DNA of 38,187 bases. Origin: an uncultured archaeon (lineage in GTDB: Archaea > Nanobdellota > Nanobdellia > Woesearchaeales > CAIVOO01). Under the pieces are notes generated by a model. The model did not search any database. It was given only the letters and a program-made list of their open reading frames with translations, and was not told the origin of the DNA. This document shows positions 35,356 to 38,187 of this stretch, piece by piece. How positions within the stretch are numbered: the stretch's first letter is position 1; each line of letters begins with the position of its first letter. Made by a program: the position numbers and the translations under genes. The DNA is taken from positions 1 to 38,187 of the forward strand of contig CAWJRI010000013.1 in the NCBI GenBank assembly GCA_963845175.1. The letters run 5' to 3'.

Positions 35356-37242
35356 ATGGCAAAGAAAGTTGGGGGAAAGGAGCTTAGCTTCAAGGACACT
35401 TCTGAGATAGCAATCTCCAAGAAGATAGCAGACCAAGTTATAGGACAAGAGGATGCTGTTGAAGTTGTCAAGAAGGCTGCAAAGCAGAGAAGGCACGTTC
35501 TCCTGATCGGCGAGCCAGGCACAGGGAAGTCAATGCTCGGGCTTGCGCTGGCTGAATTGCTGCCAAAGGAGAAACTTGTTGACATCATTTCTTATCATAA
35601 TCCAAACGATGAAAACCAGCCAATAATAAAGACAACTGCTGCAGGGCAGGGAAGGGATATTGTCGCGAAATCAAAGATTGATTCAAATGTCTATTTCAAG
35701 AACCAGAACATACTGATTTTCGCAGTTGCTATAATTGCGATGATTGCACCGTGGTGGGCAAGAAGCTATTACAAGTCAGATATTATATTTGCCGCGTTCT
35801 TTCTCGGAGGAATCGTATTTCTGCTTGGAGCTGTAATGTTTATTTCATTCGGAAAGAGGATGAATGTGAAAGATATGTCTCCGCATGTCATAGTTGATAA
35901 TTTCAACAAGGAGCAGGTGCCTTTCCTTGACGCGACAGGTGCACATGCAGGCGCCCTGCTTGGTGATGTCCTTCACGATCCATTCCAGACAGGCGGATTG
36001 GGAACTCCGGCGCACGAAAGAGTTGTGGCTGGAATGATTCACAAGGCGAATCTTGGAGTGCTGTTTATTGACGAGATTGCAACACTTGCGCCGGCAACTC
36101 AGCAGGAACTGCTGACTTCGTTGCAGGAAGGAAAGTACGCGATTACAGGGCAAAGTGAGAGAAGCGCAGGCGCAATGGTCAGGACAGAGCCGGTGCCATG
36201 CCAGTTTGTCCTTGTTGCAGCAGGAAATGCAGAGACAATAAAAAACATGCATCCTGCCCTAAGGTCAAGAATAAGAGGATATGGCTATGAGGTTTACATG
36301 CGCGACACAATGCCTGATACTCCTTCAAATAGGAAAAAGCTGGCTATTTTTGTTGCGCAGGAGATTAAAAAAGACAAAAAAATACCTGCGTTCTCAAGAA
36401 AAGCGGTTGAGTCAATTGTCCAGGAAGCAAGGAAGATGGCAAATAGGAAAAGCCATCTTACATTAAGATTAAGGGAGCTTGGCGGATTAGTGAGAGCTGC
36501 AGGCGATGTTGCTGTAGAGGAAAAATCTAAATTAGTTGAGCCTGAACACATTGAAAAGGCAAAGAAGATAGCAAGGACGCTTGAACAGCAGATGGCTGAC
36601 AAATACATTGATATGAAGAAACAGTATGAAGTTATCAGGGTTTCTGGAAAAGAAATTGGAAGGGTCAATGGAATGGCTGTAATTGGCGGGGCAGATACCT
36701 ATTCAGGAATAATCCTGCCGATTGAGGCTGAAGTCACGCCTGGCGGAAATGAAAGGAAGATAATTGCGACAGGAAAGCTTGGAGCGATTGCAAAGGAGGC
36801 AATCCAAAATGTCTCTGCGATAATCAAGAAATACTTTGGAGAGGATATCAAGGAGAAATATGACATTTATGTGCAGTTCCTGCAGACATATGAAGGTGTT
36901 GAAGGTGACTCTGCATCAATTGCAGTTGCAACAGCAATCATATCTGCGCTGAAGAAGATTCCAGTGAAGCAGGACCATGCAATGACAGGTTCGCTGTCTG
37001 TGAGAGGTGAGGTGCTTCCTGTCGGCGGTGTAAGCTCGAAAGTGGAGGCTGCGATTGACGCAGGAATAAAGAAAATAATTGTCCCAAAAGCGAACCTGCA
37101 GGACATTGTGCTTGACAAGGCTAAATTAAGCAAGATAAAGATACTTCCTGTCGAGAAGATTTCTGAAGTGCTGAAGGAAGTGATGGACTGGACAGGCAAG
37201 AAGGATGTCCTGAAGAAGATAATGCAGGTGAATGGCGGATAG
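35356..37242 (+). CDS. lonB: Archaeal membrane-bound Lon protease
   Basis: GEPGTGKS, two TM helices inside the AAA+ domain, [28 protein letters not shown] (Ser), PVGGVSSK (Lys). Confidence 0.97.
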   Translation: MAKKVGGKELSFKDTSEIAISKKIADQVIGQEDAVEVVKKAAKQRRHVLLIGEPGTGKSMLGLALAELLPKEKLVDIISYHNPNDENQPIIKTTAAGQGRDIVAKSKIDSNVYFKNQNILIFAVAIIAMIAPWWARSYYKSDIIFAAFFLGGIVFLLGAVMFISFGKRMNVKDMSPHVIVDNFNKEQVPFLDATGAHAGALLGDVLHDPFQTGGLGTPAHERVVAGMIHKANLGVLFIDEIATLAPATQQELLTSLQEGKYAITGQSERSAGAMVRTEPVPCQFVLVAAGNAETIKNMHPALRSRIRGYGYEVYMRDTMPDTPSNRKKLAIFVAQEIKKDKKIPAFSRKAVESIVQEARKMANRKSHLTLRLRELGGLVRAAGDVAVEEKSKLVEPEHIEKAKKIARTLEQQMADKYIDMKKQYEVIRVSGKEIGRVNGMAVIGGADTYSGIILPIEAEVTPGGNERKIIATGKLGAIAKEAIQNVSAIIKKYFGEDIKEKYDIYVQFLQTYEGVEGDSASIAVATAIISALKKIPVKQDHAMTGSLSVRGEVLPVGGVSSKVEAAIDAGIKKIIVPKANLQDIVLDKAKLSKIKILPVEKISEVLKEVMDWTGKKDVLKKIMQVNGG

Positions 37243-37277
37243 AAAGATTTATAAACAAAAATTGAGTTGATACTTAT

Positions 37278-37450
37278 ATGAAAAAGGAATTTCAGCATAA
37301 ATGCATTGAATGCGGAAGTGAGAATGTTATCTACGACCCTGACTTGAATGAAGTAACCTGCAACGACTGCTCAACAATATTTGAAGAGCTGACGCCTGAA
37401 GAAGAAAAAGAGGAAGAGGAAGTCAGCAGGAAGAGAGTGCCGAAGAAGCA

Positions 37451-37454
<4 letters not shown>
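37278..37454 (+). CDS. Stand-alone TFIIB-type zinc-ribbon protein, 58 aa (not in ORF track)
   Basis: CIECGSENVIYDPDLNEVTCNDC followed by an acidic then basic tail. The ATG lies 23 nt after TTTATAAA (37248-37255). Confidence 0.85.

Positions 37455-38187
<733 letters not shown>

Overview
This looks like chromosomal DNA from a DPANN archaeon, most like Woesearchaeota/Pacearchaeota (inferred from the gene set, TATA promoters, tRNA introns and AT-rich composition). The first ~1.58 kb is foreign and GC-rich: a bacterial-type IS630 transposase, then methyltransferase and FRG fragments spliced onto a 5'-truncated GT3 glycogen synthase, probably a chimeric contig end. The core holds galT, map, a signal peptidase-like gene, rpl41e, scpA-pfdA-ftsY, pheA, lonB, kae1 and six tRNAs. 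Three of the tRNAs have introns, and one is a rare tRNA-Ile(UAU). The best candidates for undescribed biology are four. (1) A leaderless, Phe-rich 13-codon uORF (MAESNFFGFEFFC) plus a structured spacer upstream of pheA, resembling a pheL-type attenuator in an archaeon. (2) A ~3,500-aa surface protein fused through one TM helix to a cytoplasmic HerA/VirB4-like ATPase, with two neighbours linked to it or each other by shared domains. (3) A tandem nucleotidyltransferase-HEPN fusion followed by a paralogous gene pair. (4) A family of short modular palindromes that nest in each other, sit between duplicated tRNA 3' ends, and resemble a hairpin inside a tRNA intron. All family calls come from motif recognition by eye; no searches were run.
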